A stretch of 64,000 bases of DNA from an uncultured Anaerolineales bacterium (GCA_964397995.1 CAYNLG010000010.1:156-64155), one strand, 5' to 3'; positions 29,107 to 39,540 are shown, counted from the first letter of the stretch. Program-made: numbers and translations. Notes: generated from the sequence alone by a model not told the origin.

Positions 29107-31053
29107 TTAGGCCTCGGCCGTCTCGGCCGCCACCTGATTCAGCACGCCGCCTGCCAGGAGGGCCGCACGCTGGCGCTGCGACGCCACAAGCCGGGCTTCG
29201 ACCTCGGTTCCCTTCGTAACGTTGCGGATCACGATGGCCCCGCCCGCCTCCACGGCCTCGCGCAGGTCGGCCATCGCTACCTCGTCGCCTTGGTCGACGC
29301 CGTCGTAGTCGGCGGGATTGGCGAAGACCAGCGGCAGGATGCCGAAGTTGACAAGGTTCGCCTGATGGATGCGCTCGAGGGCCTTCGCCAGTACCGCCCG
29401 CACGCCCAGGAACCGCGGGCAGAGGGCGGCATGTTCGCGGCTGGAGCCTTGGCCGTAGGAGTCGCCGCCCACGATGAGCGTTGCGCGCCCGGCGTTGCGG
29501 GCTTCGGCCGCACGCTGGGCGAAGCCCTCGTCCACCTTGTGGAAGACGTACGAGGCGTAGGTCGGCACGTTCGAGCGATAGATCGCCAGCCGCCCCGCCG
29601 GCATGATGTGGTCGGTGGTGATCTTGTCGCCGACCTTGAGGCCCACCTCGCCCTCCAGCCGGTCGAGCAGGGCCTCCATGGGCGGCGGGGGCACGATGTT
29701 CGGCCCCCGGAGCACCTCGACGCCCTCGGGGTCCTCGGCCGGCTCCAGGATCATCGAATCGTCGATCACGAGCCGCGCGGGCTTGTCCACCTCGGGATAG
29801 GGGATGTCGAGATCGCGCGGGTCGGTGAAAGAACCTGTCAAGGCGCACGCGACGGCCGTCTCGGGACTCACAAGGTAGACGCCGGCGGACTTCGTTCCGC
29901 TGCGGCCCTCAAAGTTCCGGTTGTTCGTGCGGACGCTGACGGCGTTCGTCTGCGGCGCCTGGGCGGCCCCGATGCAGAACCCGCACGCCGCCTCGTCCAC
30001 CCGCGCCCCCGCTGAGAGAAGGTCCACGAGCGCCCCGTCCCGCGCGACGCTCTCGAGCACCTGGCGCGACCCGGGCGCGATCACGAGGTCAAGCGCGGCC
30101 GCCACCTTGCGGCCCTTCAGCAGGGCCGCGCACGTCACGAGGTCGCGGTAGCTGGAGTTGGTGCACGAGCCGATGCAGACCTGGTGGACGGCCAGGCCGG
30201 CCAGATCCCGGACGCGCTTTACGTTGTCCGGCGAGTGCGGGCAGGCCACCATCGGCTCGACCGACCCGAGGTCCAACGCGATCGTCCGGTCGTACGCGGC
30301 CCCCTCGTCGGCGGCCAAGGGCTGCCATGCGTCTTCGCGCTCCTGGAGGACGAGGAAGTCGCGGGTGATCTCATCGGAGGGGAAGAGGCTCGTCGTGACG
30401 CCCAGTTCGGCGCCCATGTTGGTGATGGTGGCCCGCTCGGGCACCGTGAGGGCACGGACGCCGGGGCCGCCGTACTCGACGACCCAGCCGACGTTGCCCT
30501 TCGTGGTCAGCGTCTCCAGCAGCGTCAGGATGACATCCTTGGCCGAGACGAACGGCTGGAGCCGGCCTGTGAGTTCGACGCGCAGCACCTTCGGACAGAC
30601 CAGGCGGAACGGCCGCCCGGCGATCGCACAGGCGACGTCCAAGCCGCCCGCGCCGATCGCGATCATCCCGATGCCGCCGCCCGTCGGCGTGTGGCTGTCG
30701 GCCCCGAGCAGCGTCTTGCCGGGGCCGCCGAACCGTTCCAGGTGGACCTGGTGGCAGATGCCGTTGCCCGGCTTCGAGAACCGCATCCCGTGTTTGGCCG
30801 AGAAGGTCCGCAGGAACGCGTGGTCGTCGGCGTTCTCGAACCCGAGCTGCATCATGTTGTGGTCGACGTAGTTGACGCTGACCTCGGTCGCGGGCGGCGG
30901 CGCGCCCATGGCCTCGTACTCCATCATGGCCAGGGTGCCGGTGATGTCCTGCGTCAGAGTCTGATCGATGCGGATGCCGATGGACTCGCCGGGCGCGAGG
31001 GTGCCCTCGACGAGGTGCGCTTCGAGAATCTTCCGCGTGAGGCTGCGTGCCAT
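29107..31053 (-). CDS. aconitate hydratase (short single-chain type)
   Basis: GICHQ, DSHT, IGSCTN, CGFCIG, NRNFEGR, TTDHI and GSSREHA. Confidence 0.92.
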   Translation of the reverse strand: MARSLTRKILEAHLVEGTLAPGESIGIRIDQTLTQDITGTLAMMEYEAMGAPPPATEVSVNYVDHNMMQLGFENADDHAFLRTFSAKHGMRFSKPGNGICHQVHLERFGGPGKTLLGADSHTPTGGGIGMIAIGAGGLDVACAIAGRPFRLVCPKVLRVELTGRLQPFVSAKDVILTLLETLTTKGNVGWVVEYGGPGVRALTVPERATITNMGAELGVTTSLFPSDEITRDFLVLQEREDAWQPLAADEGAAYDRTIALDLGSVEPMVACPHSPDNVKRVRDLAGLAVHQVCIGSCTNSSYRDLVTCAALLKGRKVAAALDLVIAPGSRQVLESVARDGALVDLLSAGARVDEAACGFCIGAAQAPQTNAVSVRTNNRNFEGRSGTKSAGVYLVSPETAVACALTGSFTDPRDLDIPYPEVDKPARLVIDDSMILEPAEDPEGVEVLRGPNIVPPPPMEALLDRLEGEVGLKVGDKITTDHIMPAGRLAIYRSNVPTYASYVFHKVDEGFAQRAAEARNAGRATLIVGGDSYGQGSSREHAALCPRFLGVRAVLAKALERIHQANLVNFGILPLVFANPADYDGVDQGDEVAMADLREAVEAGGAIVIRNVTKGTEVEARLVASQRQRAALLAGGVLNQVAAETAEA

Positions 31054-31149
31054 GGCCGTTCTACGTCCGTACCGGGGGTAGCGAAGAACGGCATCATACA
31101 CCCGCGCCGCGCGGCGGGCAAGGCGTGCATCAGGAGACGCGCCGGGCGG

Positions 31150-31614
31150 CTATCCGGGGTGCACTTCGACGACCAACTCCAACTCGACCGGCGCCCCGAG
31201 AGGCAGCTCGGCCGCACCCAGCGCCGCGCGGCTGTGGCGGCCGACCTCGCCGAAGGCCGTGCCCAGGAGGTCGCTGGCGGCGTTCATCACCGTCGCTTGC
31301 CCCGTGAAGCCCGGCGCGCTCGCCACGTGTCCTGTCAGGCGGACCACCCGCGCCACGAAGCTCAGGCCGCCGATCTCGGCCGCCACCACGGCCAACGCGT
31401 TCAGCACCGCTTGCCGCGCGCACGCCTGGGCCGTCTCCACGTCTACCTCGCGTCCGACGTGGCCGGTCGCGAGCAACGTGCCGTCGCGCGTCGGCAACTG
31501 GCCGCTCGTGAACACGAGGTGACCCGTGCGGACGGCGGGCACGTAGATGCCGACAGGCGTCGGCGCGGCAGGCAGGGGATGGCCGGCGGCGCGGAGCGAC
31601 TGTTCCGGGGTCAT
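31150..31614 (-). CDS. RidA/YjgF family protein
   Basis: FTSGQLP, GRHSRAALG and LPLGAPVE. Confidence 0.9.
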   Translation of the reverse strand: MTPEQSLRAAGHPLPAAPTPVGIYVPAVRTGHLVFTSGQLPTRDGTLLATGHVGREVDVETAQACARQAVLNALAVVAAEIGGLSFVARVVRLTGHVASAPGFTGQATVMNAASDLLGTAFGEVGRHSRAALGAAELPLGAPVELELVVEVHPG

Positions 31615-31638
31615 CGGTGCCTCCTCGAACCGGCGGGC

Positions 31639-32403
31639 CTACTCGCGGCGGGCCACCAGGATCAGGTCGTTGCTGGTCGCCGGGTCGAACGGCTTCGGCT
31701 CGTACCCGCCGTACCACTGGAACCGGACGTAGCCGACGCCGCCGGCCGCCTGCTCCAGGTCCGGCTGCTCGACCGCCCACGCCCGGGCGTGCGACTCGAA
31801 CTTGGACCATGCGCCGGCCTGCTTCTCCAGGACCACCAGGTCCAGGTCGCACAGGCGGCGGACCTTGCGGAAGACCTTCAGGAACAGGATCTCCCGGTCC
31901 TCCACCTGCCGCACCCGCGGGCCGCGCACCTGGTTCGCGCCCTCCGGGATGCGGGCGTAGTTGAGTGTGTGGAGCACCACGACGCCGCCCGGCGTCGTGG
32001 CGTCGTACATGGCCCGCACGGCCTGGCGGACCCGCTCTGCCGACCCCGCGAGCGGCAGGCTGTTGCCCGTGCAGACGACGGCGTCGAACGGCCCGCCCAG
32101 GGCCTCGGCGCCCAAGTCCGTGAAGTCGGCCACCTCGAAGCGGATGCGGCCGCCGGCGGTATCGCGGCGGGCCCGCTCGATCATCGCCGGCGAGGCGTCC
32201 GTGCCGACGACCTGAAGCCCCCACCGGGCGAACAGCCGCGCGTGCTGCCCCGTCCCGCAGGCACAGTCGAGCACCCGCCGGGCCGAGACGCTCCCGAAGA
32301 CCCGCTGGAAGAACGGGGCCTCGTGCGGGAGCCGGTGCTCCCAGTCGACGAGGATGTCGTAGTAGGCGGCTGCGGTGTCGAAAGCGGCCTGGACGTCGGG
32401 CAT
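31639..32403 (-). CDS. class I SAM-dependent methyltransferase (glycine/sarcosine N-methyltransferase-like)
   Basis: VLDCACGTG and FDAVVCTGNS. Confidence 0.85.
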   Translation of the reverse strand: MPDVQAAFDTAAAYYDILVDWEHRLPHEAPFFQRVFGSVSARRVLDCACGTGQHARLFARWGLQVVGTDASPAMIERARRDTAGGRIRFEVADFTDLGAEALGGPFDAVVCTGNSLPLAGSAERVRQAVRAMYDATTPGGVVVLHTLNYARIPEGANQVRGPRVRQVEDREILFLKVFRKVRRLCDLDLVVLEKQAGAWSKFESHARAWAVEQPDLEQAAGGVGYVRFQWYGGYEPKPFDPATSNDLILVARRE

Positions 32404-32519
32404 GGGCGGTTCCCCGGAGGACGAGTCGCGAGCCGGCGGCGCTCCCCCCCTATTTTAGAGGCCCGCCTCATGCCGCCGCAAGCCGAATGCGGCTTCACGT
32501 TGCCTCGGCCGTCTCGGCC

Positions 32520-32548
32520 TTGACACCGCCCCCCGCGGGCCCTATTCT
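32520..32548 (+). promoter_or_regulatory. sigma70 promoter of tRNA-Leu
   Basis: TTGACA-17-TATTCT. Confidence 0.7.
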
Positions 32549-32569
32549 TCAGCGTGTCGGCACCGGCGT

Positions 32570-32660
32570 GCTCGGGTGGTGGAATTGGCAGACACGCTAG
32601 CTTGAGGTGCTAGTGGCCCCAAAAACGGCCGTGCAGGTTCAAATCCTGTCCCGAGCACCA
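32570..32660 (+). tRNA. tRNA-Leu(GAG)
   Basis: GCTCGGG/CCCGAGC acceptor stem, CTAGC-TTGAGGT-GCTAG anticodon arm, long variable arm, GGTTCAAATCC, encoded CCA. Confidence 0.96.
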
Positions 32661-32710
32661 TGTTTCCGGCCGCCGGCAGTTCCGCTGACCTCCGCTCTGA
32701 AAGCCTGCCC

Positions 32711-33655
32711 ATGAAAGACCGCCCCTTCGGCGATACCGGCCTGCACGTGAGCGAGATTGGCTTTGGCGCCTGGGCCGTCGGCGGCCGCATGTGGGGCGAT
32801 GTCGACGATGCCGCCTCCCTGGCCGCCATCCGAGCCGCCCGTGACCTCGGCACCACGTTCTTCGACACCGCCCAGGAATACGGCGCCGGCCACAGCGAGT
32901 CCCTCCTCGGTCGCGCCCTCGCCGACGACCCCGAGGCCGTCGTCGCCACGAAGGTCGGCAAGTGGTGGTACGGGGAGACGTTCGACACCTTCGGCCTCGA
33001 CTGGACGCCCCAGTTCATCTCGGGCATGGTCGACGGGTCGCTCTACCGCCTCGGCCGCGAGCGCATCGACCTCTACCAGCTCCACAACCCGGGCGTCGAG
33101 ACGTGCGAACGTGACGAGACCTGGGCCGTCCTCGAGAACCTCGTCCGCTACGGCAAGATCCGCTTCTACGGGGCGTCGATCAGCAACGAGCGCGAGTTGG
33201 ACCTGTGCCTCGCGCGCGGCTGCAAGGGCCTCCAGTTCGAGTACAGCGTCCTGCACCCGGAGCGGGGTGACTGGCTCCGACGCTGCGCCGAGGCCGGCGT
33301 CGGCGTCATCATCCGCACGCCTCTCGCCTACGGCGCCCTCGCGGGCAAGTACGAGCCGGGCTACGACTTGCCCGAGGACGACTTCCGCCACCCCGACAAC
33401 TGGGGCGGCAAACGGTTCCGCCAGTACGTCGAGCAGGCCCAGGACCTCCGGTTCCTCCAGCGCAAGGGCCAGACCATGGCCCAGGCCGCCCTCCGCTACG
33501 TCCTGGCCGAGCCGGACGTCAGCGTCGTCATCCCGGGCGGCAAGACGCCCGAGCAGGTTCGAGACAACACCGCGGCCGCCGAGGGCTGTCTGACCGACGA
33601 CGAAATCCAGCGGATTGCTGAGTGCCAGGCGGCTTGGGCCGCCGAGCAGCGGTAG
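32711..33655 (+). CDS. aldo/keto reductase
   Basis: IGFGAW, FDTAQEYG, VATK, DLYQLH and IPG. Confidence 0.93.
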   Translation: MKDRPFGDTGLHVSEIGFGAWAVGGRMWGDVDDAASLAAIRAARDLGTTFFDTAQEYGAGHSESLLGRALADDPEAVVATKVGKWWYGETFDTFGLDWTPQFISGMVDGSLYRLGRERIDLYQLHNPGVETCERDETWAVLENLVRYGKIRFYGASISNERELDLCLARGCKGLQFEYSVLHPERGDWLRRCAEAGVGVIIRTPLAYGALAGKYEPGYDLPEDDFRHPDNWGGKRFRQYVEQAQDLRFLQRKGQTMAQAALRYVLAEPDVSVVIPGGKTPEQVRDNTAAAEGCLTDDEIQRIAECQAAWAAEQR

Positions 33656-33719
33656 CCGCGCCGTGGCCGACTCCCGGGACCGCGCGTCCCGTCATGTCTT
33701 GGCAGGAAGGAGGCCGCCC

Positions 33720-35015
33720 GTGCGCCGCGTCTGTTTCGCCCTCACCGTGATGGCTTCCCTGGCGAGCCCTGCCCACGCCCAGCGGGGGCCCCGGCCCGTT
33801 CTCTCGACCTGGTTCGGCGGCCCGGGGCAGGACGGCTTCGTCGCCGCCGCCGTCTCACGCGACGGGTCCATCCTCCTGGCCGGGACGACGCCCGGCGCCG
33901 CTCACGACTTCACGCCCGCGCCGCGCGTGCGCCGCGGGGAGGGCGATGGCGTGGCGCTCCGCCTCTCGCCCGGGGCGAACCGCGTCCTGGCCGTCGTCCG
34001 CATGCCCGGCCCGCTGACCGACGGCGATACCGACGCCAAGGGCGACCTGCTCCTGGTCGGCCCGAAGGGCAGCCGCAAGCTCGACGCCAGCCTCGCCACC
34101 GACGCCTGGACGAGCGATGTCGGCGGCGAGGGTGCCCGCATCGCGCCCGGCCCCGACGGCGGCGCGGTCGTCCTCGCGGGCAAGACCGTCACCGTCCTCG
34201 GCGGCGACGGGGCCACGGTCGGTTCCTGGGAGGTCCAGGCCGAGCATGCCGCCGACATCGCCTGCGACCCCAAGGCCGGACGCGTCTTCCTGACCGGCTC
34301 GAACACCAAGGGGAGCGACCCGAAAATCCACGTCGCCTACGTCCACGCCTACGACATGCAGGGCATGCGGCAATGGGTGGCGTACGACCATTCGGTCGAG
34401 GCCCTTCAGGCCCTCGGCTCCACCGCCCCGACCGCGGGGGTCTTGGTCGTCCTCGGCGAGGACGGCAAACTTTACGTCGGCGGCACCGCCGGCGGCGGCA
34501 ACCACATGTTCCGTAACGGCTCGGTCCAGCCCGACGAGCCGGTGACCCTTGTCACGCCCGATAAGTACCAGCACCCCTACAATACTGGCGGCGCCCGCAT
34601 CGGCTTCCTCGGCCGCATGGACCCCGCCACCGGCGTCACCGAGCGCGGCACGATGATGCTCGCGCGGACGCCCGACGGCGACCACGGCAACACGATGGTG
34701 CCGCTCGCGGTCACGGCTGACGCCCGCGGGCTCATCCACGTCGTCGGCCGCGCCGCCGCCGAACCGCCCGTCAGTCCCGGCATGCTCGGGAGCCACTTCA
34801 AGGGCGGCGGGGCATTCTTCTGGGTCCTCGGCCCGACCTTCGAGCGGGCCCTGGCCGCGAAGCCGGCCGGCGGCGAGGCGCACGCCGTCGCCGTCGGCAA
34901 GGGCACCATCGTCTGTGTCGGCGAGGCCGCTGCCGACCTCGCCCGCGTCAAACCCTTCCGTGCCGCGCCCGAGGGCACCGACGCCTGGGCCGTCGTGCTC
35001 AAGCTCGGACGCTGA
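33720..35015 (+). CDS. exported beta-propeller (SBBP-like) protein
   Basis: AAGGAGG SD, signal peptide AHA, STWFGG..D-type repeats. Confidence 0.6.
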   Translation: MRRVCFALTVMASLASPAHAQRGPRPVLSTWFGGPGQDGFVAAAVSRDGSILLAGTTPGAAHDFTPAPRVRRGEGDGVALRLSPGANRVLAVVRMPGPLTDGDTDAKGDLLLVGPKGSRKLDASLATDAWTSDVGGEGARIAPGPDGGAVVLAGKTVTVLGGDGATVGSWEVQAEHAADIACDPKAGRVFLTGSNTKGSDPKIHVAYVHAYDMQGMRQWVAYDHSVEALQALGSTAPTAGVLVVLGEDGKLYVGGTAGGGNHMFRNGSVQPDEPVTLVTPDKYQHPYNTGGARIGFLGRMDPATGVTERGTMMLARTPDGDHGNTMVPLAVTADARGLIHVVGRAAAEPPVSPGMLGSHFKGGGAFFWVLGPTFERALAAKPAGGEAHAVAVGKGTIVCVGEAAADLARVKPFRAAPEGTDAWAVVLKLGR

Positions 35016-35033
35016 CGGCCTGCCGCGCCGGCC

Positions 35034-35837
35034 TCAGTCCCGCCACATGGGTGGCAGGCTCAACGTCTCCTTCGGCAGCGGCTTGGTGCACAGGAACCAG
35101 TCGTGGCAGGTATAGTCGCGGCCGGCCTGGGCGATCCGCTGGGCTGCCGTCCCGCACGAGCCCGGTGGCGGGACGATCACGTCCTCGCCCGGCATCCAGT
35201 TCGCCGGCGTGGCCACGTTGTGCGCGTCCCCGGTCTGGAGGGCGACCACGAGCCGCAGCACCTCGTCCAGGTTCCGCCCCGCCGACGCCGGGTAGTAAAG
35301 CACCGAGCGGACGGTCGCCTTCGGATCGATGACGAAGACGGCTCGCACCGTTTCCGTGCCGCTCGACGCCGGGTGAACCATCCCGTACTTCCGGGCCACG
35401 TCTATCTTCACGTCCGCGATGACGGGGAACCGGACCCCGACGTCCTTCATGCCCTTGTACTCGATCCGCTGGATGGTGCGGAGCCAGGCGATGTGGCTGT
35501 AGTTCGAGTCGATCGAGAGACCCACCAGGCGGCACCCGATGGCTTCGAACTGGTCCTCCATCGTCGCGAAGGCCATGAACTCCGTTGTACAGACCGGCGT
35601 GAAGTCCGCGGGGTGGCTGAACAGCACCACCCAACTCCCTTCGAAGTCCTGGGGGAACCGGATTGGACCCTGGGTCGTCTCGGCGTCGAACGCCGGGGCC
35701 GTCTCGCCGATCAGGGGGAAGCGGCCGGCCGGCGCCGCGGCCTTGGTGCCGGGACCGCTGGCGGCCCCCATTAGGGCCAGGCCGCCCAGGATCAGCAGGG
35801 CCGACATCGTGTACTTCAGGTGCGCCGGATGGGACAT
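35034..35837 (-). CDS. Prx6-type peroxiredoxin with N-terminal signal peptide
   Basis: HPADFTPVCTTE, YYP...GRN, TPANW and C-terminal CHDWFLC. Confidence 0.92.
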   Translation of the reverse strand: MSHPAHLKYTMSALLILGGLALMGAASGPGTKAAAPAGRFPLIGETAPAFDAETTQGPIRFPQDFEGSWVVLFSHPADFTPVCTTEFMAFATMEDQFEAIGCRLVGLSIDSNYSHIAWLRTIQRIEYKGMKDVGVRFPVIADVKIDVARKYGMVHPASSGTETVRAVFVIDPKATVRSVLYYPASAGRNLDEVLRLVVALQTGDAHNVATPANWMPGEDVIVPPPGSCGTAAQRIAQAGRDYTCHDWFLCTKPLPKETLSLPPMWRD

Positions 35838-35957
35838 GGGAAGCCTCCTTGGGCTGGAACGCGTAAACCGTTGCCTATCCCCTTATCCTTGGGCGCGCGG
35901 GGGGCACAGGTCAAGGTGGCCGCCAGAATGCCGGCGCACGAGAGCGAGGGGTGTGGG

Positions 35958-37352
35958 TCAGACGGCGGCTCGCCGCGCCCGAAGCCACCGCGCCCCGGTA
36001 GCCAGGACCAGCCAGAATGCGACCGCGCCGGCGGCAATGAGGAAGACCGGCAAACCGCCCCACATCGCCAGCAGCGGGATGGCCGCGCTGGTCCACAGGC
36101 CGCCCCCCATGAACGGCTCGTGCAGGAGCTGTTTCGAGGCGAACGCGTCGGCCGCCGGCGTTTCGTAATCCGGGTCGACCGCCCTGAGCAGGAGCAGCCC
36201 GGTGGCCGTCACGCCCATCGACTGGCCGAGCTCGGCAATCGACCGCTCGAACCAGGCGTCCGGCAGCAACCGTCGCGCCAGCACCGTCACGCAGAAGACG
36301 TTCCACGCGATGGCCGCCGCGACGATGACCGCGAAGGGCCAGAACTGGGCGACCACGGCCTCGACCCGGATCGTCGCGATGGCCGCCACCACCAGGAAGT
36401 CGAGCGCCGTGTTCTGCACCCGCCTCATCAGCCCCGCGTCGATCAGGTTGTGCCGGTCGAAGTGGTCGAGGAAGCCCTGGACGACCAGCCCCCCGAGCAT
36501 ACAGAGCGGAAACAGGGGGAAGCTCTTGATGAGGACGTACAGGGTCGTCTCCTCGCGGGCTGCCGCGCCCAGGTCGGCATGCACCGCCCGCTCGACCGCC
36601 CACGCCGCTTCCTTCAGCAGCACGCCGATCAGGACCGCCAGGCCGATGACGACGACATGGAGTGTCAGGGCCCCGATGGCGTCGGACGAGACGGTCAGCA
36701 TGCCCGCGGGCCGGCGCTTCTCGATCGGCACGACGCCGGACCGCTCCGCCGGCGAAAGGTCCGCCGGCTTCTTGCCGAGCGCCAGGTACCCCCGCCGGGC
36801 GGCCCAGTTGATGAGAACCATGCCCACGACGATTGCGCTGGTGACGCCCGCCGTGGCGCTCGCCAGGGCCAAGTCCTTGCCTTCCGGCCAGCCCTGGGCC
36901 TCGAACGTCCGGGCCAAGCCCCCCGCCGTCCCGTGTCCGCCCTCGAAGCCGACCGGTATCAGGCCGCCGAACATCGGTCCGACGCCGAACAGCGGTCCCA
37001 AGAGCAGCAGGACGAGGCCGACACCGACCACGTACTGGCCCCACGCGACGATCTGGCCGTAGGCGAGCTGCGGCCCGGCCCGCCGCCACAGGTCGCGCAT
37101 GCGCGGCAGGGCCTGGCCGAGGAAGAGACACGCGAAGACGATGTTGATGAGCAGTCCCGGCAGCCGTCCCCAGCCGGCCGTCCACGCCTCCGGCACGGGC
37201 CGCCCCGCGTGCGATGCCGCCTGCAGCACTATCAGGCCCACCAGCCCCGCGATGACCGACGAGGGCAGGTACAGCCACTGGAGCAGGGCCACGCGGCTCC
37301 GCAGGAGGTACCCGACGTAGAGCAGCAGGCAGAGGCCGATGAACGATTCCAT
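35958..37352 (-). CDS. gltS: sodium/glutamate symporter (ESS/GltS family)
   Basis: GFEGGHGTA and GQSMGVTATG motifs; multiple TMs. Confidence 0.85.
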   Translation of the reverse strand: MESFIGLCLLLYVGYLLRSRVALLQWLYLPSSVIAGLVGLIVLQAASHAGRPVPEAWTAGWGRLPGLLINIVFACLFLGQALPRMRDLWRRAGPQLAYGQIVAWGQYVVGVGLVLLLLGPLFGVGPMFGGLIPVGFEGGHGTAGGLARTFEAQGWPEGKDLALASATAGVTSAIVVGMVLINWAARRGYLALGKKPADLSPAERSGVVPIEKRRPAGMLTVSSDAIGALTLHVVVIGLAVLIGVLLKEAAWAVERAVHADLGAAAREETTLYVLIKSFPLFPLCMLGGLVVQGFLDHFDRHNLIDAGLMRRVQNTALDFLVVAAIATIRVEAVVAQFWPFAVIVAAAIAWNVFCVTVLARRLLPDAWFERSIAELGQSMGVTATGLLLLRAVDPDYETPAADAFASKQLLHEPFMGGGLWTSAAIPLLAMWGGLPVFLIAAGAVAFWLVLATGARWLRARRAAV

Positions 37353-37367
37353 GGACAGACGCCTCCC

Positions 37368-38123
37368 TCAGCGGGTTCCCAGCCAGACGAGTACGTGCCG
37401 CCGCAGGTCCCGGAGCGGCGCCGCCACCAGCCGGTGCAGGTCCAGGAACCACGGCCGCACCAGGCCCCGCGCGCGCTCCGCATCGGTGAGCTGCTCCGGG
37501 GCGTACCGCCGCTTCAGCTTCTCGACGTGGTACCGGTCGGCCTCCTGGAAGAGGCGCAGGAGCGGCCGGGTCAGCCAGTCCGTGAGCGGCGACCGGATCG
37601 GCGCGTAAGCGATCTGGAAGTCGATCAGCAGGGGCCCGCCGTCGTCGCCCACCAGCACGTTATCCGGCTTGTTCATGTCCACGTACGCCATGCCCCGCGC
37701 GTGCACCGCCGCCACGAGCGCCTCCAGCCGCGCGAAGAAGTCTGCCGCCAGCCGTTCCCCCGGCGCCAGGTCCAGCAGGTCCTTGCCCTCCGCCCAGGCG
37801 TGGACGACGCCGCTCCGGTCCAGCCGGCCCAGCAGGCGCGGCACACGGTCGCAGTCGGCCAGCAGCCGGTGGTGGTGGATCTCACGGGCCGCCATCAGCT
37901 CGCCCGCCCATCCGAGCGGCAGGGTCAGGAAGGGCTCGGTGTGGTAGTGCTTCAGCACCGCCCGCGTCCCGTCGTCGGCCACGTACCGGCCGGTGGCCGC
38001 GAAGAAGTCCTGCTTCAGGACCTTCTCCAGGTGGAAGCGGCGGCCGTCAAGGTCGAAGTGCAACCGCGGCATGCGGCCGCGGAGGAGCCGTTTCGGTACG
38101 CGTCCCTGTTCCTTACGCGCCAT
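37368..38123 (-). CDS. protein-kinase-like (RIO/Kdo-kinase-like) protein
   Basis: VLK, YVDMNKPDNVL and LIDFQ. Confidence 0.75.
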   Translation of the reverse strand: MARKEQGRVPKRLLRGRMPRLHFDLDGRRFHLEKVLKQDFFAATGRYVADDGTRAVLKHYHTEPFLTLPLGWAGELMAAREIHHHRLLADCDRVPRLLGRLDRSGVVHAWAEGKDLLDLAPGERLAADFFARLEALVAAVHARGMAYVDMNKPDNVLVGDDGGPLLIDFQIAYAPIRSPLTDWLTRPLLRLFQEADRYHVEKLKRRYAPEQLTDAERARGLVRPWFLDLHRLVAAPLRDLRRHVLVWLGTR

Positions 38124-38267
38124 GGCCGCGCATCCTAGGCGTGCCCCCGCGGGGCGTCAAGCGCCCGGCTCTGCGTCCGGCTCCGCGCCCGCCCGGCGCT
38201 TGCCACTGGGTGCCCGGCCGCGCACCGTTGGTCCGGAGAGGGCACGGTCGGCTCGAGAGGAGCCTGG

Positions 38268-38759
38268 ATGAACCGGCGCGAATGTCTGCGATCCATCGGA
38301 TGGGCCTGCGTGCCCGACCTCGGCGGCTGTGCCGGCGCGGGGCAGGGCGGCAAGCCGCGGGACGATGCGCCAGCCGCCGAGACCGCGCCAGACCCTCAGG
38401 CCGTCGCCTACTGCGGCGTCGACTGCGAGACCTGCGACATCTACAAGGCCCCCGTGCATCTCGACGCCGAGGCCCTGGAGCGGGCCCACGCCTCCTGGAC
38501 CCAGACCGCTCAAGAGCACTGGCGCATGGAGACACGGGACCCGGCCATCCTGAGGTGCCGCGGCTGCCGCGTCGAGGAGGAGCCCCTTTTCAAGGGCTGC
38601 CGCCAATGTCGCATCCGCCGGTGCGTGCGGAAGCGCGGCCTGGCGAGTTGCGGCCAGTGCGCCGACTGGCGGACGTGCAAGCGGCTGGGGGGCCTCCTTG
38701 CGGACTGTCCCGAGGCCCGCGAACCCCTCGAGCGCATCGCCAAGGCGGCCGGCACGTAA
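38268..38759 (+). CDS. DUF3795 Cys-rich protein with Tat/lipoprotein-like leader
   Basis: YCGVDCETC, CRGC, CRIRRC, CGQC; MNRRECL...LGGC; GAGGAG SD. Confidence 0.8.
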   Translation: MNRRECLRSIGWACVPDLGGCAGAGQGGKPRDDAPAAETAPDPQAVAYCGVDCETCDIYKAPVHLDAEALERAHASWTQTAQEHWRMETRDPAILRCRGCRVEEEPLFKGCRQCRIRRCVRKRGLASCGQCADWRTCKRLGGLLADCPEAREPLERIAKAAGT

Positions 38760-38769
38760 CGACCGCGTC

Positions 38770-39540
38770 TCAGCCCCGCCGCCGCGCGACCAGCGCCGCG
38801 ACGCCGGCCAGCAGCAGCGCCAGCGTTCCTGGCTCTGGCACCAGCCGGACGTAATCCACGCGTTCGGTCCCGAAGAGCGACTGGACGCCGCCGGCGTCGT
38901 AGGCGTAGTGGGCGAACTCCAGGCACACCCCCACCAGCGGCGCCTCGTTCACCTCCGTGATCAGTGGGTTCCCGTTCCAACTGATCTGCAGCGTCTTGCC
39001 GACGCGGCTCACGGCAATGGTCGCGCTGCCCGCGGCGCTCAAAGAATCGTACCCCGAGTCCACGTCCTGCGAGGGCGTCCCGAGCCAGTACTGTCCCGTG
39101 TGCGTCAGCCACGGGTCGTGGGCCCCCGCGAAGGCCAGCCAGTTGTCTGCCGCGGGCAGGCCCGGCCCGGTCATCAGCCATGCCAGGACGTTCTGCATGG
39201 CCGCGTCGCTGCCTTCGGCGTTCCACGCCAGACGCGCTTCGAAGGCGAAGTCGCCCGTCGCGGGCACCGACCGGCACAGGTACGCCTTCGCCCACGGGCC
39301 GCCGCTGCCCGCGTTGACCATCGTCGGGTCAAGGTCAGAGACCTGGAGCCAGCCGCCCGTTTCGGCGGCCGTCCAGCCGTCGGCGTCCTGGAGAGTGACC
39401 GTCCACGCCGGGTCGAGGGCACTGTCGCCGAACTCGTCGCGCAGGAGGAACCCGGCCCGGGCGGGCGCCGCCGACCCCGCCACCAGACCCGCCAGCACCA
39501 GCAGTCCTGCACCTGTGCGTCGCATGCGGCGCGTGTCCAT
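38770..39540 (-). CDS. PEP-CTERM sorting domain protein
   Basis: signal peptide; C-terminal VPEPGTLALLLAGVAALVARRRG. Confidence 0.88.
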   Translation of the reverse strand: MDTRRMRRTGAGLLVLAGLVAGSAAPARAGFLLRDEFGDSALDPAWTVTLQDADGWTAAETGGWLQVSDLDPTMVNAGSGGPWAKAYLCRSVPATGDFAFEARLAWNAEGSDAAMQNVLAWLMTGPGLPAADNWLAFAGAHDPWLTHTGQYWLGTPSQDVDSGYDSLSAAGSATIAVSRVGKTLQISWNGNPLITEVNEAPLVGVCLEFAHYAYDAGGVQSLFGTERVDYVRLVPEPGTLALLLAGVAALVARRRG

